Shown: piece by piece, positions 28,967 to 38,745 of the stretch
Layout of the letters: the number at the start of each line of letters is the position of its first letter
Numbering within the stretch: position 1 is the stretch's first letter
Origin: an uncultured Armatimonadetes bacterium
GTDB taxonomy: Bacteria; Armatimonadota; Hebobacteria; Hebobacterales; Hebobacteraceae
Reading direction: 5' to 3'
Length of the DNA stretch: 64,000 nucleotides
NCBI GenBank assembly: GCA_963716175.1
Contig: OY970296.1
Span: forward strand, 3,328,001-3,392,000
Made by a program: the position numbers and the translations under genes
The notes under the pieces: generated by a model
Seen by the model: the letters and a program-made list of their open reading frames with translations, nothing else
What the model was told of the DNA's origin: nothing
Database searches by the model: none

Positions 28967-29066
28967 GGAGCTTCGCCGAATGAAGTAACACGGCGAAGCT
29001 CAAGAAGCGGCCCAGACAGGCACAGGGCGATGTTCGCACATTACTTCGTTGTGCGAACATCATTAG
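28963..29066. mobile_element. MITE family B, copy 2 (abuts family A at a shared CTAG)
   Basis: Near-identical to 18415..18518. Confidence 0.78.
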
Positions 29067-29076
29067 GGAGTGTGCG

Positions 29077-30129
29077 ATGGTCGATCAACCGAGGCGGGAT
29101 CCAGACTACCAGCCGGAGCTGCGCAAGAACCTGGTGACCAGGGAGTGGGTGATCATCGCCAAGGGCCGGGGCAAGCGGCCCTCCGATTTCGCGCCCGAGG
29201 AGGGGGCGGCGGCGCCTGTGCCGGAGCGGGACGAGCACTGCCCCTTCTGCCCGGGCAACGAGGCGATGACTCCACCCGAGGTGTTTGCGGTGCGAGATGG
29301 AGAACCCAGGAATGCCTCGCCGTGGAAGGTGCGGGTGGTGCCCAATCGTTTTGCGGCGCTGCGCATTGACGCCTCGGACCGGGTGAAGGAGGTCGGGATC
29401 TTCTCGGCCCGGGACGGGTTCGGGGCGCACGAGGTGATCGTGGAATCGCCCCGGCACAACCAGGACCTGTGGGAGATGGACACCGACCAGGTGGAGGCGG
29501 TGGTGGAGGCCTACCGGCAGCGCTTCCTCGCCTTCGAGGCCGGCGACGCCCTGCGGTATGTGCTGATCTTCCGGAACCACGGGCTGAGGGCGGGGACATC
29601 GCTGGCGCATCCGCACTCCCAGTTGATCGCGGCCCCGGTGATGCCGCGGCAGGTGCAGATGGAGCTGCGAGGCTCGGCCGACTACTTCGAGTACCTCGGG
29701 CAGTGCGCGTTCTGCGCGCTGGTGCATGCGGAGAGCCGGGGCGACGAGCGGACGGTGCTGCAGACCGACCACTTCATGGTGGCCACCGCCTTCGCGGGAC
29801 GCTACCCGTTCGAGACCTGGATCCTGCCCAAGCGACACGCCATTCGGTTCGCTGACATGAGCGAGGCCGAGGCCAGCGATTTCGCGCGGGTGCTGAAGGA
29901 GACGCTGGGCCGGATCGCGCGGTGCCTGAACCGCCCCTCCTACAATTACGCCATTCACAGCGCGCCCGCGGCCGAGCACAACGTGCGCGCCTACCATTGG
30001 CACATGGAGATCTTCCCGCGCGTCACTACTCTGGGTGGCTTCGAGTTGGGGAGCGAAATCTACATCAACGTGGTGGCCCCGGAGGACGCCGCGCGGTACC
30101 TCAGGGAGGCGCAGGCGCCGGCGGCGTGA
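29077..30129 (+). CDS. galT: Galactose-1-phosphate uridylyltransferase family
   Basis: ELR....EWVIIA..R.KRP, CPFCPGNE, G.HEVIVESP.H, FRNHG..AGTSLAHPHSQ catalytic HPH. Confidence 0.9.
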   Translation: MVDQPRRDPDYQPELRKNLVTREWVIIAKGRGKRPSDFAPEEGAAAPVPERDEHCPFCPGNEAMTPPEVFAVRDGEPRNASPWKVRVVPNRFAALRIDASDRVKEVGIFSARDGFGAHEVIVESPRHNQDLWEMDTDQVEAVVEAYRQRFLAFEAGDALRYVLIFRNHGLRAGTSLAHPHSQLIAAPVMPRQVQMELRGSADYFEYLGQCAFCALVHAESRGDERTVLQTDHFMVATAFAGRYPFETWILPKRHAIRFADMSEAEASDFARVLKETLGRIARCLNRPSYNYAIHSAPAAEHNVRAYHWHMEIFPRVTTLGGFELGSEIYINVVAPEDAARYLREAQAPAA

Positions 30130-30137
30130 GCTGCCCC

Positions 30138-30164
30138 GGCGGGCATGGGTATGCCCGCCCTACA
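30138..30164. repeat. REP-like palindrome (GTAG family) between convergent genes
   Basis: GGCGGGCAT-GGGT-ATGCCCGCC-CTACAG. Confidence 0.75.
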
Positions 30165-30168
30165 GAAG

Positions 30169-30672
30169 CTACCGACGGCGTACGAACGCGATCTCGCAGC
30201 CCGGCGCGCCCGCGCAGGCCATGGCCGCCATCTCGAACTGATAGCGGTTGCCGAACTCCGCACACCAGGCCTGCCCTTCGGTGGGGCAGATGGTCTGCGA
30301 GACCCTGGCGGCGAGATGCTCGCGGTTGCTCTTGCGCAGCAGCTCCAGCCAGGGACACTGGTCAATCCGGAAGCGCACTCCGCTGGGCCCGAGTGCGACC
30401 GCAAAGCGGTGGCCGTCGGCCGTGAGCTTGAGAGAGAAGCAGCGCGCTAGCTCCTCGGGGGCATGACCGGCGCAGCCGGTCAGCTCGCGGGCTTCGCGGG
30501 CCTGGATCTTGGCGACCACGGCCCACACCCGAGCATCTAGCTCCAGGGCGTGATCGAACCCGCGGCTCTCCTCCTCCAGCATGAACCAGAGGCCGTCAAC
30601 CGCGTGGTAGGACCGGCGCAGAAAGCGCGCCACCGTGTCGGCGTCGAAAGAGGGCAGCTCCGCGGGCCCCAT
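30169..30672 (-). CDS. DUF6125-like protein (Cys-ligated V4R/ATC-hydrolase-like fold)
   Basis: AVDGLWF...E...G.D.A..LD..VW, CPW, IC, C....C pattern. Confidence 0.7.
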   Translation of the reverse strand: MGPAELPSFDADTVARFLRRSYHAVDGLWFMLEEESRGFDHALELDARVWAVVAKIQAREARELTGCAGHAPEELARCFSLKLTADGHRFAVALGPSGVRFRIDQCPWLELLRKSNREHLAARVSQTICPTEGQAWCAEFGNRYQFEMAAMACAGAPGCEIAFVRRR

Positions 30673-30802
30673 GTGATGTGTGCTTCGGCGGCCTGGTGGT
30701 AGTTCCTGTTGGCGCGGGAGGTAGCGATCCGTCGCCCGGCGAAAACCACAGGCGAAGGGGGCCCGGTGCGGGCCCCCGTGTGCTTGCTGTCAGGAGAGAA
30801 TA

Positions 30803-31573
30803 TTGCCTCGTTTGATCCGGGCCGATTGGCACATCCACAGCAGCCTCTCAGATTGCGGTCACCCCGAGGCGACGCCGGAGGCGATCGTGCGGGCGGCCCA
30901 GGAGGCGGCATTGGAGGCGATCGGGATCACGGATCATGTGATCTTCGCCAAGGACCGCCTCCGGGCCGGCCTGATCCGCCGACAGCTTCCGGCCCAGGTG
31001 GGTGGACTGCGCATCTGGGTGGGATGCGAGGCGGACATGCAGTCCGCCACCCGGGCCTCCATTGATGCAGAGTTCGCCGCCGGTCTGGACTACGTGATCA
31101 TGTCGGCCAGCCATCTCTTCGATGTGGGGATGGAACAGCGAGCGGACCTGGATGCCAAGGGAATGGTGAGCTTCATCCTGGAGCTGATGGACGGCGCCAT
31201 TGCCAGCGGCCTGGCGGATGTTATCGCCCATCCCTTTGGGGTGCCGGAGTGCCCGTTCGCCTGGGAGGAGCTGATCGCCGCGGTGGATCAGACCGCGCTC
31301 TCCCGCACGGCCCAGGCCGCGGCCCGGGCTGGCGTGGCGTTGGAGTTCAACCCCCGCTACCTGAGGCAGTCGCCGGAGGCGACCCGGTGGCTGTTTCGCC
31401 GGGTGCGGGAGGCTGGCTGCAAGCTGGCGCTCTCCAGCGACGCTCACCACCCGACGCACATCGGCTGCCGGGGGCCCAGGTACGCCAGCGAAGCGGAGAT
31501 CCGCGACCTGGGGATCAAACCAGAAGATCTCTGGAGTGTCGAACATAGGGTGAGCGCAGGCAGATCCGGTTGA
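30803..31573 (+). CDS. PHP-domain phosphoesterase
   Basis: DWHIHS, GITDH, GCE, IAHP, LEFN, SSDAH. Confidence 0.88.
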   Translation: MPRLIRADWHIHSSLSDCGHPEATPEAIVRAAQEAALEAIGITDHVIFAKDRLRAGLIRRQLPAQVGGLRIWVGCEADMQSATRASIDAEFAAGLDYVIMSASHLFDVGMEQRADLDAKGMVSFILELMDGAIASGLADVIAHPFGVPECPFAWEELIAAVDQTALSRTAQAAARAGVALEFNPRYLRQSPEATRWLFRRVREAGCKLALSSDAHHPTHIGCRGPRYASEAEIRDLGIKPEDLWSVEHRVSAGRSG

Positions 31574-31682
31574 GGCCTACGCCGCCGCGCTCTCGCGCGC
31601 ATTGGACGGCCGCTTCGGAATCAGGGTAAACTAGCTTCAGCGCCAGGGGCCCGCCACACGGCCGGCGGGCGAGCAGTCCAGG

Positions 31683-33971
31683 TTGCAGACCATGTCAAAG
31701 CCGTCGCGCCGGTGGTTCGCGTTGGTTAGAAGTCAACCGCAGTCAGCAGGAATCGGTTTCGGCCGCGTTGCGCTAGCTCTCGCTTTCGGGCTTCTGTTAT
31801 CCCTTCCCGCGTTCGCTGGCCCGGACCTACCCATCCCGATTGCACCCGGGACCAGCTACCGGCGACTTTACCGGCCGGAGGGGCCCTGGGCGATCAATGT
31901 GGTGGAGGCCGAGCTCTCCCAGCAATACCTTGAGCTGCACAGTGTGTTGGGGGGTGGGACAACCGTGGGGCGCCAGCCGGTGTCGCGCATGGTGAACGGG
32001 CAGGCGTCGGCCGCGGGCACGGGCGGGCCTGCTCTCCAGCAGGTGGCGGCGGTGAACGGAGACTTCTTCGCCATGGCGGGGGGCGCGTATACCACTATCC
32101 CGCTTGGCTTGCAGGTGGAGAACGGCGAGCTGGTGACGCTGCCGAACCCCGACCGCTCGGTTTTCTACCTGCTGGCCGACGGCAGCGCTCATATCGGCCG
32201 GGTGAGGGCGAGCGTCTGGCTGCGGGGGCCGGGAGGCCTGCTGTACCCGGTTGCCGGGGTCAACAGGCCCCCCGAGCACGGGGAGCTAGTGCTGTTCACG
32301 CCCCGGTTCGGGAAGGAGACGCGCGCCTACGACTCGGTGGCGCAGCTCACGCTCACCGGGCTTTCAGGGCCGGTCAAGCCCAAGGGCGAGGTCTCGGGCA
32401 CCATCGCCAACGCCGCCGTGGGCGCGACCCAGCCCATCCCGTCGGACGGCCTGGTGCTAGCGGCCAACGGCGTTGCCGCCTATGCGCTGCGCCGCCTGCA
32501 GGCGCGGGATCAAGTGCGGATCTCGGTGGAGATGACCCCCGATGTGGGAGAGATCCGGATGGCCGTGGGGGGAGGACCGCGCCTGGTGCGAGACGGTCAG
32601 ATCGCGGTGGAGCATCGGGCCGAGAGGTTCCACGACAGCTTCGCCACCCGGCGCCACCCGCGCACCGGGGTGGGGGTGCGCGAGGGTGTCATGATGATGG
32701 TGACGGTGGATGGGCGCCAGCCTGGCTACAGCGACGGGATGACGCTGCGGGAGTTCGCGCAGCTCTTCGTGGACCTGGGGTGCAAGGAGGCGATGAACCT
32801 CGACGGCGGTGGCTCGTCCACCATGGTGGTGCGCAGCCAGGTGGTCAACTCCCCCTCCGATGGGGCCGAGCGCAGAGTAGCCAACGCGCTCGCCCTCTTC
32901 CTCACTGTCCCGCCCACTGGCAAGCCGGTGCGGCTGGCGATCGAGCCCGCGGAGGCGAGCGTGCTGTGCCAGGAGAAGCTGCCACTGGTGGCGCGGGGCC
33001 TGGACGAGTACTACAACCCGGTTCCGGTGGAGGCCAGCGCGGTGCGATGGGAGACCGGTGGGATGGGTCGCATGGACGAGCAGGGGAACTTCATCCCGGC
33101 CCCGGTGTCGGCGCCGACCGCAGGCTTGATCACGGCCCGCTACCAGGGCATGGTGGCCTCGAGCGTGGTGTGCGTGGTCCCGGCCCCGACCCGGCTGACC
33201 ATCACCCCGAATCGCGTGACGGTGGCGGCCAAGGGCAGGCAGCAGTTCGTGGCGCGAGCCTTCGACCAGGACAGCCGCCCCATTCGCCTGGTGCCCGGTC
33301 AAGTGATGTGGAGCTGCGAGCCGGCGGCCGCTGACGCGAAGATTGACAGCAGGGGCCTGCTGGTGGCGCCGGCGCGGGAGGCCGCGCTCCGGGTGGTGGC
33401 GCAGGTGGGGGAGGTGAGAGGGGAAGCGGAGGTTCTGGTCGGGGTGGTGACGACGGTGCTGGCGGATTTCGAGCAGCCCGGGAGCTGGTCGTACGCCAGC
33501 ACGCCCGCGGGACTGCCCGGCGGCGTGGCCGTGACAGAGGATCCGCTGAAGAAGGGCAACAAGTGCCTGCAGCTCAAGTACGATTTCTCCCAGGGGCCGG
33601 ATACGCGCATTGCGGAGGCGGTGCTCAACTTGGGGCTGGGCGAGACCAGGACCATCTCGGTGCGCGCCGTGGGGGATGGCCAGGGAGGATGGCTGCGGGC
33701 GCGGGTGCGGGATGCGGCCGAGCGCCGGTTCATCGTTGACCTGGCGCCGAGGGTGGACTGGTCGGGGCAGTGGCGCCGGCTCACCGGCTGGCTGCCCGAG
33801 GAGTCGGAGGCCCCGTTGACCCTGGAGACGATCTACCTCACTGAGTACCACGCGGACCGCAGGCCGGTGGGAACGGTCTACCTCGACGATATCGGCGCAG
33901 AGTCACTGCCGAGCACGAGCCAGAACCCGGCGCACAAGGACGCGGCCGGGCCGAAGGCGAAAGGCAGCTAA
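31683..33971 (+). CDS. Exported phosphodiester glycosidase (NAGPA/DUF2233) with Ig-like and CBM-like domains
   Basis: AAVNGDFF, GGGPRLV, RHPRTGVG, VDGRQ, AMNLDGGGSSTM, NSPSDG.ER.V.NAL. Confidence 0.88.
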   Translation: MQTMSKPSRRWFALVRSQPQSAGIGFGRVALALAFGLLLSLPAFAGPDLPIPIAPGTSYRRLYRPEGPWAINVVEAELSQQYLELHSVLGGGTTVGRQPVSRMVNGQASAAGTGGPALQQVAAVNGDFFAMAGGAYTTIPLGLQVENGELVTLPNPDRSVFYLLADGSAHIGRVRASVWLRGPGGLLYPVAGVNRPPEHGELVLFTPRFGKETRAYDSVAQLTLTGLSGPVKPKGEVSGTIANAAVGATQPIPSDGLVLAANGVAAYALRRLQARDQVRISVEMTPDVGEIRMAVGGGPRLVRDGQIAVEHRAERFHDSFATRRHPRTGVGVREGVMMMVTVDGRQPGYSDGMTLREFAQLFVDLGCKEAMNLDGGGSSTMVVRSQVVNSPSDGAERRVANALALFLTVPPTGKPVRLAIEPAEASVLCQEKLPLVARGLDEYYNPVPVEASAVRWETGGMGRMDEQGNFIPAPVSAPTAGLITARYQGMVASSVVCVVPAPTRLTITPNRVTVAAKGRQQFVARAFDQDSRPIRLVPGQVMWSCEPAAADAKIDSRGLLVAPAREAALRVVAQVGEVRGEAEVLVGVVTTVLADFEQPGSWSYASTPAGLPGGVAVTEDPLKKGNKCLQLKYDFSQGPDTRIAEAVLNLGLGETRTISVRAVGDGQGGWLRARVRDAAERRFIVDLAPRVDWSGQWRRLTGWLPEESEAPLTLETIYLTEYHADRRPVGTVYLDDIGAESLPSTSQNPAHKDAAGPKAKGS

Positions 33972-34015
33972 CTCCCCCGACACCGGGTGAGGCCGCCGTG
34001 GGAAAGGGGGCGAGC

Positions 34016-34699
34016 ATGCCCGAGTTGCCAACCTACGTCTGTCGCCGGACGCCGGACCCGATCAAGATTGACGGCGTGTTGGACGAGTCGGTCTGGTCGC
34101 GGGCGGCCTCGGTGGGGGACTTCAGACTGGCCAACGGGCAGGGCGAGCCCAGCCTCCCCACCGAGCTGAAGCTGTGCTGGGATGATGCGAACCTGTATCT
34201 CGCCTTCGTCGCCATTGACACCGACATCTGGGGCACGATGAGGAAGCGAGACGATCCCCTCTACGAGGAGGAGGTGGTGGAGGCGTTCCTCTCCACCGGG
34301 GGCATCCTCAGCCAGTACTATGAGTTCGAATGGAGCCCCCACAACGTGATCTTCGATGCCAGGATCGAGTGCCCGGAGTCCGGCGACCGCAGCCAGATGA
34401 TCGCGGACACGTCGTGGGATTGCGAGGGGTGCCAGTCGGCGGTGCGGGTGGTGGGAACCCTCGACCGGCGAGACGATCTGGATCAGCAGTGGACGGTGGA
34501 AGCGGCGCTGCCGTTTTCGCAGATCGGGCGCGGCGGAAGACCGCCGGCGGAGGGAGAGGTGTGGCGGGCGAACTTCTTCCGGATTGACCGCGCGGGCGGG
34601 GGCGAGTTCAGCTGCTGGTCTCCCACTCTGGCCAGGCCCGCGAACTTCCACGTCCCGGCGCGGTTCGGGAGGCTCGTCTTCTCGCAAGAGAACTGGTAG
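34016..34699 (+). CDS. Carbohydrate-binding family 9-like protein
   Basis: IKIDGVLDE..W, WDD.NLY, E.VE.F, YYEFE.SP, WTVE.ALPF, WRANFFR, FHVP..FG. Confidence 0.85.
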   Translation: MPELPTYVCRRTPDPIKIDGVLDESVWSRAASVGDFRLANGQGEPSLPTELKLCWDDANLYLAFVAIDTDIWGTMRKRDDPLYEEEVVEAFLSTGGILSQYYEFEWSPHNVIFDARIECPESGDRSQMIADTSWDCEGCQSAVRVVGTLDRRDDLDQQWTVEAALPFSQIGRGGRPPAEGEVWRANFFRIDRAGGGEFSCWSPTLARPANFHVPARFGRLVFSQENW

Positions 34700-34763
34700 G
34701 TCGCGGGTTGGGCAGGAGCTGGGCTCCTGCCCAGTGAGCTGTAGCGGGGGCGGAGGGGAAGAG

Positions 34764-36095
34764 ATGAAATGGCTGAAGGCGAAGGTCTGGCTGGCGCTGG
34801 TGATGGTTGCTGCCGCCGGGCCGGCGGTGGCAGGGGTGGAAATGGTATCACCCCGGGAGGGGGCGGAGCTGAGCGGGCAGGTGGAGGTGACGGCCCGGGT
34901 GGTGGCGCCGAAGGGGGAGCGGCTGGAGCGAGTTGTGGTGCAGGGGCAGACCGGGGAGCAGGTTAGGCTCGCACCCACGCGGCCTGATACCTATTCGGCG
35001 ACGCTCGACACCAGCAAGCTGCCGAACGGAAGGCAGCCGCTGCTGGTGATCGCCTCCGTGAAAGGGGCCGACGTCTCCAGCGCCAGGCCTGCGGAGAATG
35101 CCTGGGAGAGCCAGAAGCGCACTTTCATGGCCGAAGTAACGGTCGTGGTGCGCAATCCCTATGGTTTCTTCTGGGGCGACCTCCACGCCCACACCAGCTA
35201 CTCCGATGGCAGCTTGCTCCCCGCCGATGCCTACGAGTACGCGCGGGACAGAGCCAGGATTGACTTCTTCGCGGTCACTGACCACAGCCAGCAACTCACC
35301 TTCGACGAGTACGCGGACGTGATCGCACAGGCCGATCGCTTCGATCAACCGGGGCGATTTGTGGCCCTCTACGGCGTCGAGTCCACAGAAGAGACAGGCC
35401 ATCTCTGCTTCTATCTCTCCCCCACACCGCGCTTGCCCTCCGGGCGGGATGAGATCTACCAGGTGCTGGGGAGGATGCACCTGTTGGGGCACTTCAACCA
35501 TCCCAGCATGACCGCCAACCCGAAGCAAGACTGGAAGGATGACTTCGAGGGGTTCCACTACGCCCCCACGGCCGACCAGTCCATGGCCCTGGTGGAGGTG
35601 CGGAACCTGGCCGAGGAGGCGGCCTATATCGCGATGCTGAACGCGGGCTGGCACGTGGGCGCGGCTGGATGCGAGGATCACCACGAGGCGAAGTGGGGAA
35701 GCGGCCCCACCTGGACCGTGGTCCTGGCGCGAGAGCTGACGCGAGAGGCCATCCTCGACGCGCTCTGGTCGCGGCGGGCCTACAGCGCTGCCGACCGCAA
35801 TCTCCGGCTCACCTTCACGCTGGACGGCGAGGACATGGGCGCGCAGGTGGCGCGGCGGGCGGGGAGGGTGGACTGCGTCGTGATTGCGGAGGACCCGGAT
35901 GCCGGCGATGCCATTGACAGCATTGATCTCTTCCTGGATGGCCGATTGGTCGAAACGGTCCGCCCGAAGCTGCGGAAGTACGCCTGGGCAGTGCCGGTGA
36001 GCCTGACCGCGGGGCGGCATTACTGCTTCGTCCGGGTCACACAGGCCGGGGGACGGATGAGCTGGTCGAGCCCGGTGTGGGTGAGCGCACATTGA
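34764..36095 (+). CDS. Exported CehA/McbA-like PHP metallohydrolase
   Basis: Signal peptide, Ig-like domain, WGDLHAHTSYSDG, AVTDH, FNHP, GWHVG....D.H. Confidence 0.85.
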   Translation: MKWLKAKVWLALVMVAAAGPAVAGVEMVSPREGAELSGQVEVTARVVAPKGERLERVVVQGQTGEQVRLAPTRPDTYSATLDTSKLPNGRQPLLVIASVKGADVSSARPAENAWESQKRTFMAEVTVVVRNPYGFFWGDLHAHTSYSDGSLLPADAYEYARDRARIDFFAVTDHSQQLTFDEYADVIAQADRFDQPGRFVALYGVESTEETGHLCFYLSPTPRLPSGRDEIYQVLGRMHLLGHFNHPSMTANPKQDWKDDFEGFHYAPTADQSMALVEVRNLAEEAAYIAMLNAGWHVGAAGCEDHHEAKWGSGPTWTVVLARELTREAILDALWSRRAYSAADRNLRLTFTLDGEDMGAQVARRAGRVDCVVIAEDPDAGDAIDSIDLFLDGRLVETVRPKLRKYAWAVPVSLTAGRHYCFVRVTQAGGRMSWSSPVWVSAH

Positions 36096-36105
36096 ATGGG
36101 AACAA

Positions 36106-36681
36106 TCACCAGTCGGGGCCTTGCAGGTCCACCTCTTGTGCCACGAAGCGCTCGCCGGACAGCCCGCCACACGGCCGGCGGGCAAGCTCAGTCACCATGG
36201 TGATGTTCTCATCTATGATGGGGGCCGGCTGGCCTGTCTCGTCGCGCATGGTGACACGGGCTTCGATCCTGAACCAGTCGAGGGAGTGATAGAAGCGCTC
36301 CAGCCCGGGCACGCAGAAGAGCATCCCGAACCGTATCTTCCTCCTCGCCGCTTCCGCGGCCGCTTCCCGCATGAGCTGGCGAGAGAGGCCCTTTCCCCGC
36401 AGCCGCGGCGTCACGGCCAGATTCTGCACCCCCGCGATCATCACGGGCCGGCCGTCACATCGGATCTCGCGCAGCACCACGCCGACATGTCCCAGGACCC
36501 GATCCCCCTCCTGGTAGCAGAAGCTGTAGGCCGGCACCGAACCGTGCCAGTACCGGCTGCGCGACAGGGGTTCGACCAGGTCGGGGTGGCATTCGCAGAG
36601 GAGGGCGCGAATGGCAGCATCGAGCGCGGGCGTCATTTGCCGCTCGTCCACAAAGGTCAGATCATACTGCTCCGCGGGCAC
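36106..36681 (-). CDS. GNAT-family N-acetyltransferase
   Basis: GHVG...GVQNLAV.P..RGKGL motif A, FY..L.W; start uncertain (36681 preferred over 36834). Confidence 0.85.
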   Translation of the reverse strand: MPAEQYDLTFVDERQMTPALDAAIRALLCECHPDLVEPLSRSRYWHGSVPAYSFCYQEGDRVLGHVGVVLREIRCDGRPVMIAGVQNLAVTPRLRGKGLSRQLMREAAAEAARRKIRFGMLFCVPGLERFYHSLDWFRIEARVTMRDETGQPAPIIDENITMVTELARRPCGGLSGERFVAQEVDLQGPDW

Positions 36682-36845
36682 AGTTGGCCTTTCACTGGCG
36701 TCGCCGGCAGGATTCTGCGCCTTCGGGCCGGCCTCCTGGCAGCGGGAGGAGCGTGCCTCAACTGCCGATGGCCGCAGTTGGCGGCAGGCATAGGCCGGCG
36801 GAGGCGGCGAAACTAGCCCCGGACTGAGATGCAAGGAGGCAGGCG

Positions 36846-38582
36846 ATGAGGCCGCTTCGGATTGCGCTGGCCCAGATCAACGTCACCGTAGGCGATGTAG
36901 AGGGAAACGTCGGGCGGATCGTGGCCGCCACCACAGAGGCGGAGGCGCTGGGTGCCGACATTGTGGCCCTGCCCGAGCTGGCGGTCACGGGCTATCCGCC
37001 CGAGGACCTGCTGCTCAAGCCGGAGTTCATCGCAGCCAACTGGCGGGCGCTGGAGGCGATCGCGGCCAAGGCGCAGTCGGCGGTAGCGATCTGCGGCTTC
37101 GCCCACCGGGAGGACGACCTTTTCAACGCGGCCGCGCTGCTGCACGGGGGGCGGATCGCGGCAATCTACCACAAGAACTTCCTGCCCAGCTACAGTGTGT
37201 TCGATGAAGACCGGTATTTCCGCGCGGGCCAGGGGCGGCCCGTGTTCGAGATCGCGGGAGGGGTGGTGGGCATCAGCATCTGTGAGGATATCTGGTATGC
37301 CGACGGCCCGCCCATCACCCAGGCGCTGGATGGCGGGGCCGAGTTGCTGGTGAACATCTCCTCCTCTCCCTACTGCGTGGGGCGATTCGAATCGCGGCGC
37401 CGCATGCTGGCCACGCGGGCGGCCGACACCTGCGCGTTCGTGGCCTACGTCAACCTGGTAGGAGGACAGGATGAGTTAGTGTTCGACGGGCAGAGCCTGG
37501 TGCTGGCGCCGGATGGAGAGGTGATAGCGCGAGGACCGGCTTTCGAGGAGGCGCTGGTGGTGGCCGATATTGACCTGGAGGCGGCCTTCCGCCAGCGCTT
37601 GCATGACCCGCGGCGCCGGAAGTATGCACGCCGGCGCGATGTGCCTCGCATCCAGGTCTCCGGCGCACCTCGCGGGGACAAGCCGGGGCAGGGCCCGCCG
37701 GTGATGGCGGCGCCGCTGTCGCCGGAGGAGGAGGTCTACCGCGCGCTTGTGCTCGGAACCCGCGACTATGTGCGAAAGAACGGGTTCGAGAAGGTGGTGA
37801 TCGGCTTGAGCGGCGGGATAGACTCATCACTGGTGGCCGCCATCGCGGTGGACGCGCTGGGGGCTGCGAATGTGGTGGGGGTGGCTATGCCGTCACGCTA
37901 CTCCTCACCGGGCAGCCAGACTGATGCCGCCGCGGTGGCCAAGAACCTGGGGATAGACCTGCGCATCGTCCCGATCGAGCCGGTCTTCGCTTCCTATCAG
38001 AAGCTGTTGGCCGGCGAGACCCAGGGCGGCGCCGGGATCGTGGAGGAGAATCTGCAAGCGCGCATCAGAGGCAACATCCTGATGGCGATGTCGAACGCGC
38101 ACGGCTGGCTGGTGCTGACCACGGGGAATAAGAGCGAGATGTCCACCGGCTATTGCACACTCTACGGCGACATGGCCGGCGGGTTCGCGGTGATCCGGGA
38201 TGTGCCCAAGACCCTGGTCTACCGGTTGGCGGCCTACCGGAGTCAGGCGGCGAAGCGAGAGCTGATCCCGCGAAGCGTGATGGAGAAGCCGCCCTCGGCC
38301 GAGCTGAAGCCGGATCAGAAAGATACCGATAGCCTGCCGACATACGAAGTGCTGGATCCGATACTCCAGGCCTATGTGGAGGAGGACCGGCCGGTGGCCG
38401 AGATTGTGGCGATGGGCAATGAGATCAGCGCGGTGGCGAAAGCGACCTGGCTGGTGGATCACAGCGAGTACAAGCGGCGGCAGGCCCCGCCCGGGGTGAG
38501 GATCACTCCCCGCGCGCTGGGGCGGGACCGCCGGCTGCCGATCACTAATCGCTTTCGCGGCCGGCCGGTGGAGGGACAGTGA
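36846..38582 (+). CDS. nadE: Glutamine-dependent NAD+ synthetase
   Basis: Nitrilase domain (PEL, K, ICED) plus GLSGGIDS, ENLQARIRG, TTGNKSE, YCTLYGD, EYKRRQAPPG. Confidence 0.95.
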   Translation: MRPLRIALAQINVTVGDVEGNVGRIVAATTEAEALGADIVALPELAVTGYPPEDLLLKPEFIAANWRALEAIAAKAQSAVAICGFAHREDDLFNAAALLHGGRIAAIYHKNFLPSYSVFDEDRYFRAGQGRPVFEIAGGVVGISICEDIWYADGPPITQALDGGAELLVNISSSPYCVGRFESRRRMLATRAADTCAFVAYVNLVGGQDELVFDGQSLVLAPDGEVIARGPAFEEALVVADIDLEAAFRQRLHDPRRRKYARRRDVPRIQVSGAPRGDKPGQGPPVMAAPLSPEEEVYRALVLGTRDYVRKNGFEKVVIGLSGGIDSSLVAAIAVDALGAANVVGVAMPSRYSSPGSQTDAAAVAKNLGIDLRIVPIEPVFASYQKLLAGETQGGAGIVEENLQARIRGNILMAMSNAHGWLVLTTGNKSEMSTGYCTLYGDMAGGFAVIRDVPKTLVYRLAAYRSQAAKRELIPRSVMEKPPSAELKPDQKDTDSLPTYEVLDPILQAYVEEDRPVAEIVAMGNEISAVAKATWLVDHSEYKRRQAPPGVRITPRALGRDRRLPITNRFRGRPVEGQ

Positions 38583-38745
38583 AGAGAGCGACACGCGATG
38601 GGGCAGCGGACACGCTCGCCGGAGACGGGCAAGCTCCTGCCCTCCGAACGGCGAACTGCCTTACGGAACCGCAGATGAACGCAGATTGACGCCGATTATC
38701 CACTGGCAGAGGCTTGCCCCTGTCCAACGGAGGAGGCCGCGGCGA

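Noticed and set aside
28831-29066. CRISPR array or integron attC sites
   Set aside because: Repeats are inverted, not regularly spaced direct repeats; no spacers, cas genes, integrase or GTTRRRY cores
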